Below, piece after piece: positions 36,001-49,140 of a stretch of DNA of 64,000 nt. A program made the translations under genes and the position numbers. Origin of the DNA: Lama guanicoe (taxonomy: Eukaryota). Every line of letters starts with the position of its first letter. Positions within the stretch are counted from its first letter, which is position 1. The notes under the pieces are model-generated. The model searched no databases. It was not told the origin of the DNA and saw only the letters and a list, made by a program, of their open reading frames with translations. The stretch lies in NCBI GenBank assembly GCA_013239625.1, contig MU055785.1, forward strand, positions 4,154,001 through 4,218,000, read 5' to 3'.

Positions 36001-37679
36001 GGCTTTGGCCTGTCTGTGGTTTTGGCAGGGGCCAAACCATCATGATTAATGTCCAGTTTGGACATTCTGGAGGCCCCTCTAATTCCTCAGAAGTTGGGCT
36101 CTACCTCTGCTCTCTTGTTCACAGACTGTTAGACCCAGGAAGACCTTATTCTACAGAGGAGGAAACCAAGGCCCAGAAGTTACAGCTTCCAGGTCTCATA
36201 TATTCATTCTACACATAATTATTAGACATCGACAGAGTGCCAGTCACCCTGCTCAGCACGGGAGATACTGAGACCCAGGACTTTCAAGCTCAAAGCTCAC
36301 AGACTGATGGGGCAGCAGGCAGAGAAGTAGGGCCCTCTTGGAAATTGGGCAGGGGGGCACCTAAACCAGCCCCTAGCAAAGTCTTCCTAGATAAGGTGAC
36401 CTTGGAACTGAATTTTAAAGGATGGGTAGGAGTTAGCCAGGCAAAGCCAAGCCACGGAGAGGGGACAGCTAGAGCCACAGCACCAAAGTGGGAAGCCATT
36501 TGGCCTGTGCATTTTCCCAGATAACTTGTGAATGTCTCCTCCCTTCCAGACTCTAAGCTCCAGGAGGGCAGGGGTGATGTCTGCCAGGCTTGTGCTTAGG
36601 CACAGTGATGCACAGTAGGTGTGCAGTGACTCTCAAATGAGCAGATGAGTGATGTAAATGGCTGGTGTGAGTTTGCATTCAGGGCATGGCAGGGAGGCCC
36701 CAGTCCCTGGCCCCTAGGCCCACCCTGTTGTAGCTTTCTGGGCCACATTATGGCTGAGCATTGGCAACCCCTACTCTAGGGTGCTGCGGGGATTAATTAG
36801 CCAGCTAAGTGGTGATTATTTTGCTCTCCTCCAGCTAAATGATTAGAGAGGCAGCCAGGCTCCCTGAGGTGGCCTCAGAGGCATCCCTTTCACCTCCTCC
36901 CTCCGGGTGGGGGCCTGGAGTCTGCCACTCTCTTTGCTGGCTTTCTGGGGTTGGCTTCCAGTGCTGTCGGTGGGGCCCGCACTGTTCTCCATTTCCCCCG
37001 ATGGTCCTCCTTCCCTGGGGGCAAGGACAGGGGTTAGAACTGAGATCTGGCCTAAGGGAGCCCACCACTTACACTTAATTTTCAGTTTGTCCAAAAACAT
37101 CCCAGAAACAACTTGGGCCGTGGAGGGAGGCGGATCCCAGTGTGAACCCCAGTTCTGCCATTTCCATCACTATCACTTCTGGCCATTCATCTCCCCACTT
37201 TGTGCCTCAGTTTCCCCATCAGTAAAAAAGGAGGTAATGCTGTTCACCTCTCAAAGTTTTAGGGAGATTTGAGGTGAGCTAAAAAACAGACAATGCAGGT
37301 GCAGGTGCTTCCAGCAATTCTGACACGTAGCAGGTGCTCAGTACGTGTGTGTATATGTTTTTCTTTTGTGCATTCTCCCTCGTGACCCTCACGGGTCAGG
37401 ACTCTGCTGGAGGCTGGAGGTAAACAAACAGCAGGCCTTGTGACTCAGCGGCTGAGAGCCCACGAAGGCTTGGCAGACCTTTGCCTCTTCTTCTCGGGGC
37501 TTAGAAGTGCCAAGGTCAGACCTTGAATTGGCAAAGGAGGAGAGAAATGGAACACTCCCCCCCACCCCCCGGCTGGGTCTTGGAGCAGCCTGGGTTTGCA
37601 TCTGGCTTTGCCACTAGCTGCATAGCCTCAGATAAGTGAGTTCATGGCTTTGAGCTTCCACTGCCTCATCTGTGTATGT

Positions 37680-37790
37680 ATCTGCTGTCACCATCTTGAA
37701 ATTCTAAATATATGTATATATATTTTTTAACAAGAGGCCCAGCATTTTCATTTTCCACCAGGCATTGCAAATTATGTAGCCAGTCTTGGT
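37680..37790 (+). mobile_element. MER45A-like DNA transposon 3' half
   Basis: ctgctgtcaccatcttgaaattct...aacaagaggcccagcattttcattttc...caaattatgtagccagtcttg. Confidence 0.65.
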
Positions 37791-37964
37791 AGTAGGAGAT
37801 AGTCAGAGAGGCATCAGGGGGCCACAGTACCAGAGGCCACTCCCAGCCCCTGCCTTCCCCCATTCTGCCCTAGAGCCAGCCTTTCAGGGAGAGGCCTTAA
37901 ACTAAGATTCTCTGACCATTTGGTCCTCACACTATCCTCGTGACAGTGGGAACTGTTTCCTTCC

Positions 37965-38450
37965 TGTATTAATTTCCTCTTGCTACAGTAACAAGTTAAT
38001 GCAAACTTAGTGGCTTAAAATGACACACATTTATTATCTTACAGTTCTGGAGGTAAGAAGTCCAGACTCAGTCTCATGGGCTAAAGGCATGGTGTCAGTA
38101 GGGCTGGTTACTTCTGGACACTCTAGGAGAGAATGTGTTCCCTTGTCTTTCCAGCTTCTAGAGGCTGCCGGTGATCCTTGGCTTGTGGCCCCTTACTCTG
38201 TCTTCATAGCATATTTCTCCAACCTCTGTTTCCTCCACACTGACCTTCCAGCCTCCCTGATAAGGACCTTTGTAATGACATTACCAACCCCCACCTTCAT
38301 AATCCAGGATAATCTCCCCTCTTCAAAATCCTTAAAACTTAATCACATCTGCACATGCACAAAATTCCTTTTGCCATGCAAGGTGACATTTGCAGATTCT
38401 AGGGATTAGGACATGGGCATCTCTGGGGAGCCATTATTCAGCCTGCCACA
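37965..38450 (-). mobile_element. MLT1 LTR
   Basis: tgtattaatttcctcttgctacagtaac...gggattaggacatgggcatctctggggagccattattcagcctgccaca. Confidence 0.8.
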
Positions 38451-40805
38451 TCTCCCACTTTGCAGATGAGGAAACTGAAGCTTAGAGAGGTGATGTAACT
38501 TGGGCAGAATTACCCTCCCAGTAGAGAGACAGATCTGCAGTTGGGGCCCATATCTGTTTAGTTTCTGTCCTAGTCTCTAGACCATAAGGAAGGAGGCACC
38601 TTCTGTCCATCTCTGCCTCCCTCTCCCTGTGCACCCAGCCCCCAGTGCTTTAGGAGGGAGACAGGATTGGGCATTTGAGGCCCAGAGCCTTGGTGTCTAA
38701 GGTTGTAGCTGACTTGGGAACAGATAAGCACATCCATCCGCCTGGGACTGGGACGGAGGGAAGAGGCTGCCTTTCCACAGTTAACAGGGTCCCAGGCCAC
38801 TTCGGGCTTAATTATCAACACCTTATAATTAGGTTTCTCCTGGGTCCCAAGGAGCAGGGCCCTGTTTGTAAAGAAGCTCCTGATATGCGTGTTGCTGGGA
38901 CATGTGGCCTGGGCCCTTTCTGTTCATGGGGCCAAGGCTTCCAAATCAAGGGAACCACAGCCGATGAAGCTGGGCGCCCGACCACTGCTGCTAAGGGCCA
39001 GGTTTCTCCTCACAGTCTAGCGGCTCCTATGGGGCTTCAGCCAGGCCCCAAGGACTCTGTTAGCTGGCCTCTCAGGCCACAGCACAGAGGCCAATCCCAG
39101 CCATTGGCCTCGAAGCCAGAAGAGCAGAGAGAGGACCAGTGTAGGAAACTGGAAATGGGAGGGAGAAGGTGGCAGGTGTTTTCACCGGCTCTGGTCTTTA
39201 ATAACGAGTGTCCAGTTATCAGAAGGTAGGAAGTGGTGGTGGGTAAGAGCATCCATGCTGATGTAAGAGACCTGGACTCAGATCCCACCTCTGCCACTTA
39301 TTACCTCTGTGACCTTAGGCAAAACAATGAACTTCTCTAAAACTGAGCCTCAGGTTCCCCTATCTACAAATTGGGGGTACTAATTGGCCCCCTGCCTCAT
39401 GAGGTTGTTATAGTCAATTTAAAAAGTAAGCAAGCAAATGTTCTGCTTGTGGCTTTTTTAAAAAGATAACACATGTAAGGTATACATTTTTAAAAAATAA
39501 CAATAAATACTCATGAACCCAGCTTAAGAAGTACAGAATTAATCGTGGCTTAGAAACTCCCTACACCCACCTCCTGGGTTCCATCTACCTCCCTTCTTCC
39601 AGTTGTGAATAAGAAACCAGTTTTGTGGTTACCATTTCCTCATTTTCCTTGTGTCTGCTTTTTTGTAGTTTTGATGTCTTCTTCCTTACTGACCTGTTAT
39701 TAAAGACAGAGCAGGCATAAGCATATATAACCTCCTCCCTTCCATACCTAATTTCCTACCAGTTTCCTCCCCTGCTCTCTCCTCTGTGTTACCTAGCAAG
39801 AACACTGCTGGTTGGGAAACCAGAACATCAAGCTAGTCAGTACTATGAGTAAACTTAGAATTAATAGGCTCTGAGTGAGCACCAGAGGGACTTTGCTGTG
39901 AATAAAGTACATGTACCAAGAGACTTAGGCTTCCTAGAAAGTAAAAAATACCCAAGCTTTATGCTTAAATGAACCTGGGTTTGAATATCAGCACTGCTCA
40001 CTAGCCTGAACCACCAATTCTTTGCAGTCACTCTAAAAACATTTCTTGAGTGTCTACTGAATGACAGGCACTACATGGGTATAGGGAGGCAGTGGTGAAT
40101 GAAACAGACAGGGTCCCTGCTTTCATTGAGTTGAGGAGATCACCATTAAACAAACACAGACATAAAACTTTACATTGCAGTAAGCACACAGAATTTGTGG
40201 ACAACTCACTTAGGAATATGGGAAGGGCTTTCTCTGTGGAAATGATTTTGGAGCTGAAACTTGTACTTCCTTGCCATCTGACTTTAGCTAAAATAAATTC
40301 ATTTTCTCATCCGTGAAATGGAGCTGGAAATTACCCCCTCACAGCTCTGCTCTTAGTAATGGCCCTGGCTTAGTGCCTGGCTGAGCACAGCCACTCAGTA
40401 AATGTCATCTCCCTGCCTCCCTGTCGGCCTGGGCAGTGTATGTTGCTGGAGTCGAATGAGGAACTATGATAGTGAGCAGTTAGTAAGTGATGGAAAACCT
40501 GCTGTTGGTAAGGAAGTTAGGAAGCCTTCTAAGAAGGTCTCACTGGCCCCTCTTTGACTGCCTTTGATGGATGATGGGGGAGGGGAGGCGGTAAGAGGGT
40601 ATATTGTCCACTGTCAACAGGAAGGCTTCATCTTTTGCTGGGGAAGGTGGTGTTAAGTAATACAAAGGCTGTGCTGTAGAATCCAATCCCAGCTCTGCGG
40701 CAAGTCATTTCACCCCTCTCAGCCTTCTGGTTCTCATCTGCAAACTAGTCCATTTAATACCTCTCCTTTGGCTTTGTCATGTGGAACAGTGACTTTTAAA
40801 ATAAG

Positions 40806-40930
40806 TGTATTGCTCAAGTGGTAGAGCACATGCTTAGCATGCAGAAGGCCCTGGGTTCAATCCCCAGTACCTTTCTCTAAAAATAAATGAACAAACCTAA
40901 TTACCTACCCCCCCAACCCAAATTAAATAA
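40806..40930 (+). mobile_element. tRNA-derived SINE, Vic-1-like (camelid), 5'-truncated
   Basis: A-box-like TTGCTCAAGTGGTAGAGC and B-box GGTTCAATCCCC, followed by ctaaaaataaatgaacaaacctaattacctacccc. Resembles the recalled Vic-1 consensus. Confidence 0.8.
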
Positions 40931-41199
40931 TACAGTAATACACCAGGTGTGGCCATTATGGCTGTTACCACCAGAGCAAGGAGGAACTGGGATAAAGGAG
41001 CAGAGGTTTGGGGTGCAGCCCAGAAGAAAAGGGAGAGCCAAAGGGCTAATTTACACTGAAGGACGCGGTTTAAGTCCTTGCTCCACCCTTTCCTAGCTGG
41101 GTCCCTGGGGCAGGTCCCTTACCCCTCTGAGCCTCAGTTCCCTAGACTGTCAGAGAGCTAAGAATAGAACTTCCTTCACCGGGTGGCTGTGAAATCATG

Positions 41200-41780
41200 C
41201 AGGCAAGTCGCCTCACACGGCTCCCGACCAGTCGGAGGGAGCTGGTGTGGTTACTCCCTGCTAGACATGTGGCCTTAGGGGTGAAACGTTCAAATAAGAG
41301 GGCGGGAGTGGGCGGACGAAGATGCAGCAAACAAGTGGAAAGGGCAGCTCTGCCCTTCACAGTCACCTCCTTTGTCCGCGGAGGCCGAAGAGCCGGAGGC
41401 TGGGGGCTTGGTACCGGCGCCGCGCGCCCCGAGGTCCCGGCCGGGAGTCCGCAGGCAGACCCGGGCGGCCGGGGGCGCGGGGCTGTGACCTCATCGGCCG
41501 GCGCCGTCCCGCGGGGCCATGAGATCATGAGATGCCGGCGCTCGCCGAGGAGTCGATTTGTTGGGAGCGTGGGGACAGCCGGCCGCCCGTCGCGGTGATC
41601 TCATCCGGGCCCGGGGGAGGAGGAGGCAAGCGGCCGAGCCCGCCCGCGCCGCCGGGAGGGGAATTGATGGCCGCCGCCGGCCGGTGACGTCACCGACAGT
41701 GCCGGTTGCCTGGTAACACGCGGCTGTCTGCCTCTGGCCCCGCCCCCAGACCCCGCCTCCCACCTGCCAAGCTCTCAGCC
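41200..41780. promoter_or_regulatory. Intronic (orphan) CpG island with CRE, RFX X-box and GC boxes
   Basis: Dense CpG. Palindrome CGGTGACGTCACCG 41682-41695; GTTGCCTGGTAAC 41705-41717; GGGCGG/CCCGCC boxes at ~41300, 41310, 41738 and 41751. Confidence 0.85.
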
Positions 41781-44700
41781 CCTATCCATCCTGGCTCGCT
41801 CTTCTCTTTCCTTTTTTATTTATTGAGGCATAACTTACATATTGTAAAGTGTCCTAATTACAAGCATACAAGCTCGATGAATTTTTACATATGTATGTAT
41901 CCATATGTAAAATATGTATATGTATATCCATATGTTTCGAGATATCACCAGCGTTCTCCAATAGAAATAGAATGCAAGCCACATAGGCAATTTAAACAAG
42001 CAAAAGGGAACAGGTGACATTAATGCTAATAATATATTTTATTTATCACAGTATGTTCAAAGTTTTAACATTTCAACCTGTAATCAATATTTTAAAAGTT
42101 TAACGGGTTCTTTTACCTTTTTGTTTTTTTCTAAGACTTTGAAATTTCCTTAAATTTTACTACATCTCAACTGAGATTTAGCCACATTACAAGTTCTCGG
42201 TAGCCACAACTGACAAGTGGCTACTGTACTAGGCAGCACAGATACAAAAACGTTTCCAGCACCCGAAAGTCTCCTTGGTTGCCCCTTCTGGTTAGTACCC
42301 TGGCCAAGACTACCTATTATTCTGAATCTAATCATCCCTCTTCAGTTCTTTTCCCCCACTCACGCCTTATATCTTTTCCTTCTCTCTCCCCACATCTCAC
42401 TTTAACTCCTACTAGTGTCTCACATTCTCTGTTCCTTACAGTGGCTGAAAGCACTAGATGGAAAGTCAGACTGGATTTAAACCTGGCTCTACCCCTGTCT
42501 AGCCCTTGGACAATGTGCTTTGCCTCGTAAAGCCTCCGTTTCCTCACCTGTTAACTAGGGCTCATAAGAACAGTGTCCCTCTCTAGGGTTGTCGGACTTG
42601 GGGGCCACCTGCAGGTACTAAGTGCTTCACAGAGAAACCTTCATCACCAAACTGTGAGCAGGCCCTAGTTCTGCTCTTTTTCTGCTTGTTTCTTCTCTCT
42701 TCCCCGTCTTACTTCGCTCATTAGCTTAGTTTCCCACACTTTATTCCTGTCTCCCATGCCTGTGTTGAGCTTTCTCATCCGAGAAATGGGTCTAGATCAT
42801 AACTACCTCACCAGGGGAGAATTTGATGTGCCACTCCTGGCCCATGGTAGGTGCTGAAGAATGAGATGACTTTCTCCTCCTCCTTGGCGCCCCCTTTGCC
42901 TGGCCTCTCACTCCTGCGTGCTTTGTTTCTTTTGGCCTCTAGCTCTGTCATTTCTCCCCTCTTCTGCTCACATCCCCTATTTCCTCTCCTGTGTCTCTCT
43001 CCTTCCCCCACCCCCTACTCTTCTCTCTAGCCTCCCTTCTAGTCCCCGCCCCCTCAACACCTCTTGCGCCCAGCACTCCTGGCCAGGCTGTTCTGAAGTC
43101 ATTTACCACCCCCAGCCTTCTCTAGACAGAGGAGACCTGGATCGGGCCCGCCTGCCTCTCAGCCGAGGGGCTCGGCACCTCGGAGGTCGGTGTTGGGGCT
43201 GTTTTGTTCTGAAGCGCTCTTTCAGCCACAGTGTCCCGTGCAGCCTACAATCATAACAGACCCTCAGGCCGCCTTCCCAAGAAAACAAGTCTTTGCTTTC
43301 AGCCCTTTGCGCCGGCCCAGCCCGCCCATTTCGGAGCAGGAAACGAGCCCCTGTCCCCTGTGGAGGTCGGGAGCTAACCAGCGGTCCCGGCTAGAAAAGC
43401 AAATGAGGGAAACCACCCAGGAGGCTGGACGCAGTTCCTGCTTATTTTTCCCCACATTCAGGAAGGGTTGTGCAAGGAGGCTGCCTTTGGCCCTGTGCTG
43501 GCTTTAACTCAGGGAAGCTTTCCGGCCTCCTTTTCCTGACTGCCCCTTTCTATGGGGGACCTGCCTCTCCCTCTCTCTGTGGTCCCGGTGCGGCTGTCTG
43601 TCACAGCGCCCGGCCCACCCTCTGCCCCACGTGACCAATCCAGCCAAGGCTCGCAGCTCAGGGAGAAACAGGGTCTCTCTGTTGGGAGTTAAGCTGTGAG
43701 CGTATTGACTTGGTGCAGCGAGTGGCTGTCTTTCCTACCAGGTATAGGTACCCAGACCTTTCTAGCTGTGTCCCCACAGGCAGTTTACCCATCCTCTCTG
43801 TCTCACTTTTCTTATCTGTAAAATGGGAGCAGTAACACCTACCTCAAAGTGTTGCGCGGAGGGTGGGTGCCTGGCACACATTCAGAGCTACATCATGGTC
43901 ATCATCATCAACATGATGATTACCTCCTGGAGAGAGCCTGTCCTTGGCAGGAGAGAAGGAAGCTTACACAGGAAGATCAGAGACAAGCTGAGCTGAGGGA
44001 CAGGGAAGAGGAGGAGAAAGAGTACTACAGAAGCACAGAGAGCTCTTTAACTACATTGTTTGAGCTCCTGGATCCAGCTGTACTTGAAGCTAGAGCCATT
44101 CCTTGCCATCCCAGATTTGTGACCTCATACATCTCATTCTTGTGTAACCTCCTTCAGGTTAGCTTTCTGTCACTTACTTACAACCGAAAGTGACACTGTC
44201 ATACAGACTATTATACCAATAGTTCTCGTAATAGTGCTTAGAGGCCCAGAATGTCAGAGTTGGGTTGACACTCCCATTACACAGAACAGAACACTGAGGC
44301 CCAGAGAGGAAGAACACCTTGCCCAAGGCCACACAGCTAGGAAGGATGCACACCTGGCTGTCTGACTTCAAACTACACTTATAATGCTGTTTTACGTTAT
44401 AAGTGGCTGCACATAAAAATCAGTTCTTTTCCATTCTGCCTTCCTGGTCCACTGCCATCGTATTTAATCAGGCTTAATTCATTTTGTCTGTAAGATGTTT
44501 TATACTTGCCAGGCTGCTGGCAGGGGCTACAGCTAACACTAACTGAGTACTTACCACGTGCTGGGCACTAAACTCAAAGCTTTACACGCGTTAGTTCATT
44601 TATCCTCCCAGCAATCCTAGGAGGTGGGTACTAGCATTAGCCCCATTTTACCAATGAGGAAACTGAGACATAGAGGGATGAATTGACTTGTCACTCTGAA

Positions 44701-46504
44701 AGACAGAGTCAGAATTCAGACCCAGCTCATCTGACCCCAAAGCCCACGCGCTTCACCATTTTACTTGCTCAGGCTCCAGGGCCCTCCCACCTTGGAAGAG
44801 GCAGAGCTGGGATTTGCACCCAGGGTCACAGTCCATCCCTCCCTCCCTGTCTCCCTTCCTCCCTTCCTTCCTACCTTCCTGCTGCATGTCTTTCCCATGG
44901 TGCTCTTGTGCCCAATCTGGCAGTCACTGGACAGCCCCTTTTCCTCTCTCCTGGCATCATTTTACAAACACCTCCTTATCCACCAACCCTCAGTTCCTGG
45001 CACCTTCAGCATCAGGGTTCTCCATGAGCCACATCTGTGGGAAACCTAGCTATTTGAACCACGTCATTTAGCCCGCCCATTCATTGTTTCATTCATTCAT
45101 TCAACAAACATTTATTGATCATCTACTGAGTGCCAGACCCTTTGTATTAGTTAGAACTGGGATAAGCCAGTAACAGCAAATTCCAAAAACAGAAAAAGAA
45201 CCCAAAATAATAATAGCTTAAATTTAAAAAGAGTTTACATCTTCCCATGTAAAATCCAACGGTAAGCAATCCAAACCTGGTAGTGTGACATCTTCCAGCT
45301 TACTACACCAATCCTGGGGTGTGGGACTCCTCCTCATGGTCCAAAATGGCAGCTAGAGCACCAATTATAACATCCAAGTTCCAGCTCACAAGATAGAGGA
45401 AGAGGGTGTGTGAAGAATAAGGTGGAAAAGTTTGCAATATAGAAAATGAAAGCTGAATACAAAGGATGGGGAGTATCAGGGAAAAGTAGGAAGTTCACAG
45501 GTGCTATTTTATGTACATTATTCAGTGATACTTCCTGATGAGGTGACATTTGTGCCAAGAGCCAAGGGAAGTGAGGCGGCCAGCTGGCTGACATCAGGAG
45601 GAAGTATGCTCTAAGGAGAGGGAAGAGCAAATGCAAAGGCCCTGAGATAAGATTGTGCTTGTTTTTTTTGTTTGTTTATTTTTGTTTTTGTTTTTATTTT
45701 TTAAGAAACAAACACATCAAACACAAATCCCATTCATGAGGACACCATCCTTATGACCCAATTATGTCCCAAAGGCTCCCTTCTCCAAATACCATCACAT
45801 TGAGGGTTAAGGCTTCAACATATGAGTTTAGTGGGGACATATTCAATCCATAGCACCAGCTGAGTAGCCTTAGATGAGTACTTTAGTTCTGTTCCCTCTT
45901 TCTTTCTTTCTTTCTTTTTGGCTTATAACAACCACCATTTTATTATTTCCTATGATTTGTGGGTCAGGAGGAGTTCAGCCATAGAACACTGGGGACAGCT
46001 GATCTCCATGTGATGTCTGCTGAGGCTGGACCACCCAGGATGCCTTTTTCACTCATAGGTCTAATGCCTCAGCTGACATGCGTGGGATGACTTGCCCAGA
46101 GTCTTATATCTGGGGCCTCAGTTCTCCCTGTTGGCTGGGTTCCTTGCTTCTCGCCCATGGAGTCTCACCCTGAGCCTCTCCGTCTCCACGCGACCTCTTC
46201 ATGTGGTCTCTCCTGGTCCCTTGGGTTTCTTACAATGTGGTGCTGGAGGAGGAAGGGTAAGTGACAGAGAGGCAGTGACAAATACCAGATCTCCTGGGGC
46301 CTGGGCCTGGGCATCCCAGATAGCACCTCTGCCTCATTCTAGTTCACTCCTAAGCTCTTGTGAAACTGGGGTATCCCATCTCTAAAAGAAGGTGACAATA
46401 ATAATGCCTGTATCCCCGGCTCATCGTAAAGTTCCTTATTCATTCTTATCACGAACTGGGTCCTTCCTGGATGTCTGTATTTTAGGTTTATTCAATCCTC
46501 ACAA

Positions 46505-46710
46505 TCTCCTTGGTATGTTGGAGCCAGCTTGCACTGGCTTGAGAGAGCCGATGGTTACATTTTCAGGAAATTTGCCAGCAGTTTTTAAACCCTGAGTGGC
46601 TTGAAATTGGCCTTGTGGGAGTATTTACACCACAGAAATTGTAAACACACACATCAGGGCTGTTTTGTTTGTTTGTTTGTTTTCCAGAGAGCTGATTTGT
46701 CTGCACACAA
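46505..46710. mobile_element. MER63-like hAT element
   Basis: ggagccagcttgcactggcttgagagagccgatggttacattttcaggaaatttg. Confidence 0.6.
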
Positions 46711-48591
46711 CTCTATGTGTGTGTTTGTGTGTGTTTTCAACCTCATTTACAGCTGAGGAAACTGAGGCTCAGAGAAGTTAAATTATTGTCCCAAATCAAC
46801 CAATTTAGTAGATGGCAGATGTGACCTTGGAGCCCCAGATCCCGTGTCCCTAACCACTGTGCTGTCCTGCTTCCGTAGATGAGAAAATGTGTGTGAAAGA
46901 GATTTGTAAACAGGTAACGCCGTATAAATATACATTATTAATTTGGATACATAAAAACATCTATCATCCCTGTCTATCCATTCTTTACATCTTTGTACAC
47001 TTAAGGCTGCTAACAACTATCTGATTGCGTCTCCCTTCCATTCCCCTTCACCCCCAGAATTCTTCACATCACCTTTCCCAGGTGGGTACGTCCTCCAGAA
47101 TTTTCCTTCTCTGTTCCTTTCTTCAGCCCCTTAGCATCCCGTTCATTTCCCACTGTCTTCCAGAGGCAGCCCTCTGTTGTATCCTTGCTTCTCACTTCAC
47201 TTTTGGTCCCTCCCCCATCCTAGCAGGAAGAGAGTCAGAAATGAATCTGCCTTCCCCGCCTCAGTGATCCCGCCCCCGCCCCCTTGATCAGGATCCCAGC
47301 AGCGAACTGTCTGTGCCCAAGTTCTGCAGCAATTGCCACTGTCCCCCTTCACGGGTGGCAGGGAGGCCAGACGGCTCATAATCTGATCGCTTTCCTTGTT
47401 CTCTGACACCCCGGAGAAACCACACATTCCATTTGGTGGTCGTCAGAAATAACATGCTTAAGCAACCTGGAATTATAAAACTGCTTAATTAGAGAGAGAT
47501 GGTTTCACTGGGATATGCCCAGTTTTCCCCGGTGGTTTTCTCTCCTTCTCCAAGTGCCCCCCCGCAACCGGCAGCTAATTGCTACCTTTAGCATGGTGCC
47601 ACACAGGCTCTCTCTCCCTTTATTTTATTTTCTGTGACATCAGGGCTTGCTTTTAGAGAAGGTCTCTCCTCCATGTTCCAGCTCTCCTTCTCCACCAATT
47701 TCCATCAACTCTAGAAATTGACCTGAGTAATAAGGGTAGAAATCTTTCCCTTCAGAGGTCTCTACTTTTTAAATAAGCACCTACTATGTGCTTTGTGCTC
47801 GGGATATGACCAGGAACCAAATTATCTTCATGCTATGGGTCTTGTGGTCCAGAGGAAGAGAGAGATATTAAAATAACTTTTTAGATATTGTGAGAAGTGC
47901 TCTAAAGGAGTGATTTAAAAAGTATAATGGGAGCATCTAATTTAATTAAGGAGTCAGGGAGGGCTTCTCATAGGACATAACAGGCAACTGAGACCTACCC
48001 GGGAGATGGACAGGTGTTCACTTGGCAAAGAGTAGGGGACCAGTACTCCACCTGCAGGGGAAGAGCTTGGCTGACAGAACAAAGCAAGTGAAAGAAGGGC
48101 CAAGAAGCTGGTCCCTGTGCTTACTCTGAAATTCTGGGGGTACGTTGGAGTCACCACCATGCCTTGACGTGTCTAGGTTCTGATGTTCTAGACCAGGGGT
48201 CAGCAATCCTCAGAGCGCAGATGAAATATGCCCCAACACCTGTTTTTGTAAATAAAATTTTATTGGAACACAGCCATGCCTGTGGCTGCACTCTTAACCA
48301 CCACACAGGCTGGTTGTGCAAGTTTAGCCTGAGAGGGGACAGCAGGGTCTGTCCCCAGAGTCAGCCAGATGCCGGCACGCAGGGGTTCCGAGAGACACAG
48401 GGACATAGGACCTTTCATGAGGTGGCTGTGTCCTCACCCACCGTGAGGCCAGGCAGACAGAGCAGAACACTGACCAGCAAGATGGCAAAAGATTGACCAT
48501 TCTTTTGGTCACCTCTGGCCGTCTGGAACATCTTTCTTCCCTCATCCTGCCCACATTTCCTTCACCGTCCTGGTTCCTACTTATCCATTAA

Positions 48592-48760
48592 AATAGTGCT
48601 TCTCAAAGTTGAATGTGCACGCACTTCACCTGGGAATCTTGTGAAATTGCAGATTCTGATTCAGGAGGTCTAGGGTGAGGCCTGAGATTCTGCATTTCTT
48701 GCAAGCTTCCGGGAGATGCCTACACTGTTGGTCCAGGGACCACACATTGGGCTGCAAGGT
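48592..48760. mobile_element. MER5A hAT element
   Basis: agtgcttctcaaagttgaatgtgcac...gcagattctgattcaggaggtctagggtgaggcctgagattctgcatttc. Confidence 0.8.
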
Positions 48761-49007
48761 TTATAAGATCAGCTTAGATGATACCTTCTCTTAGAAGACT
48801 CACCTAATCAGGCCCTCACCTCCATTTCCACCCCATGCCTCAATTCTGCACTCACCTCTAGCAGAGTTCTACCACACTGTATTGTAATAATTTGATTTGT
48901 ATCTGTCTTCCTCATTGGTTAATGAGCTCCCTGAGTACAGGAATGAGGTCTTGGATATCTTATCACCAGAGCATAGCACTGTGTCTGGTACGTAGGGTGT
49001 TCAATAA

Positions 49008-49140
49008 TGGAAGGAAGGAAGGAGGGAGGGAGGGAGGGAGAGGGAAGAGAGGAGGATACATCAATGAATGGGAGATAGGGAAGGAAGGAAGGATGGGTGC
49101 AAGGATGAGAGAGAAGAAGGAAAGGAAGAAAGAAAAGGAG
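49008..49140. repeat. Purine-rich (GGAA/GGGA) low-complexity tract
   Basis: ggaaggaaggaaggagggagggagggagggagagggaagaga... Confidence 0.8.

Noticed and set aside
40806-40875. Possible tRNA gene
   Set aside because: The 5' acceptor-stem strand is missing and a SINE-specific tail follows, so it is a tRNA-derived SINE.
41142-41763. Several 66-133 aa ORFs over the intronic CpG island
   Set aside because: Low-complexity GC-driven ORFs on both strands, with no recognisable homology or splice partners.
43628-43639. CACGTGACCAAT as an ER-stress element (ERSE-II)
   Set aside because: It reads ATTGG-T-CACG on the minus strand, one base short of ATTGG-N-CCACG, and appears to lie in an MLT1-like LTR. 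None of the promoter CCAAT boxes fits CCAAT-N9-CCACG either.
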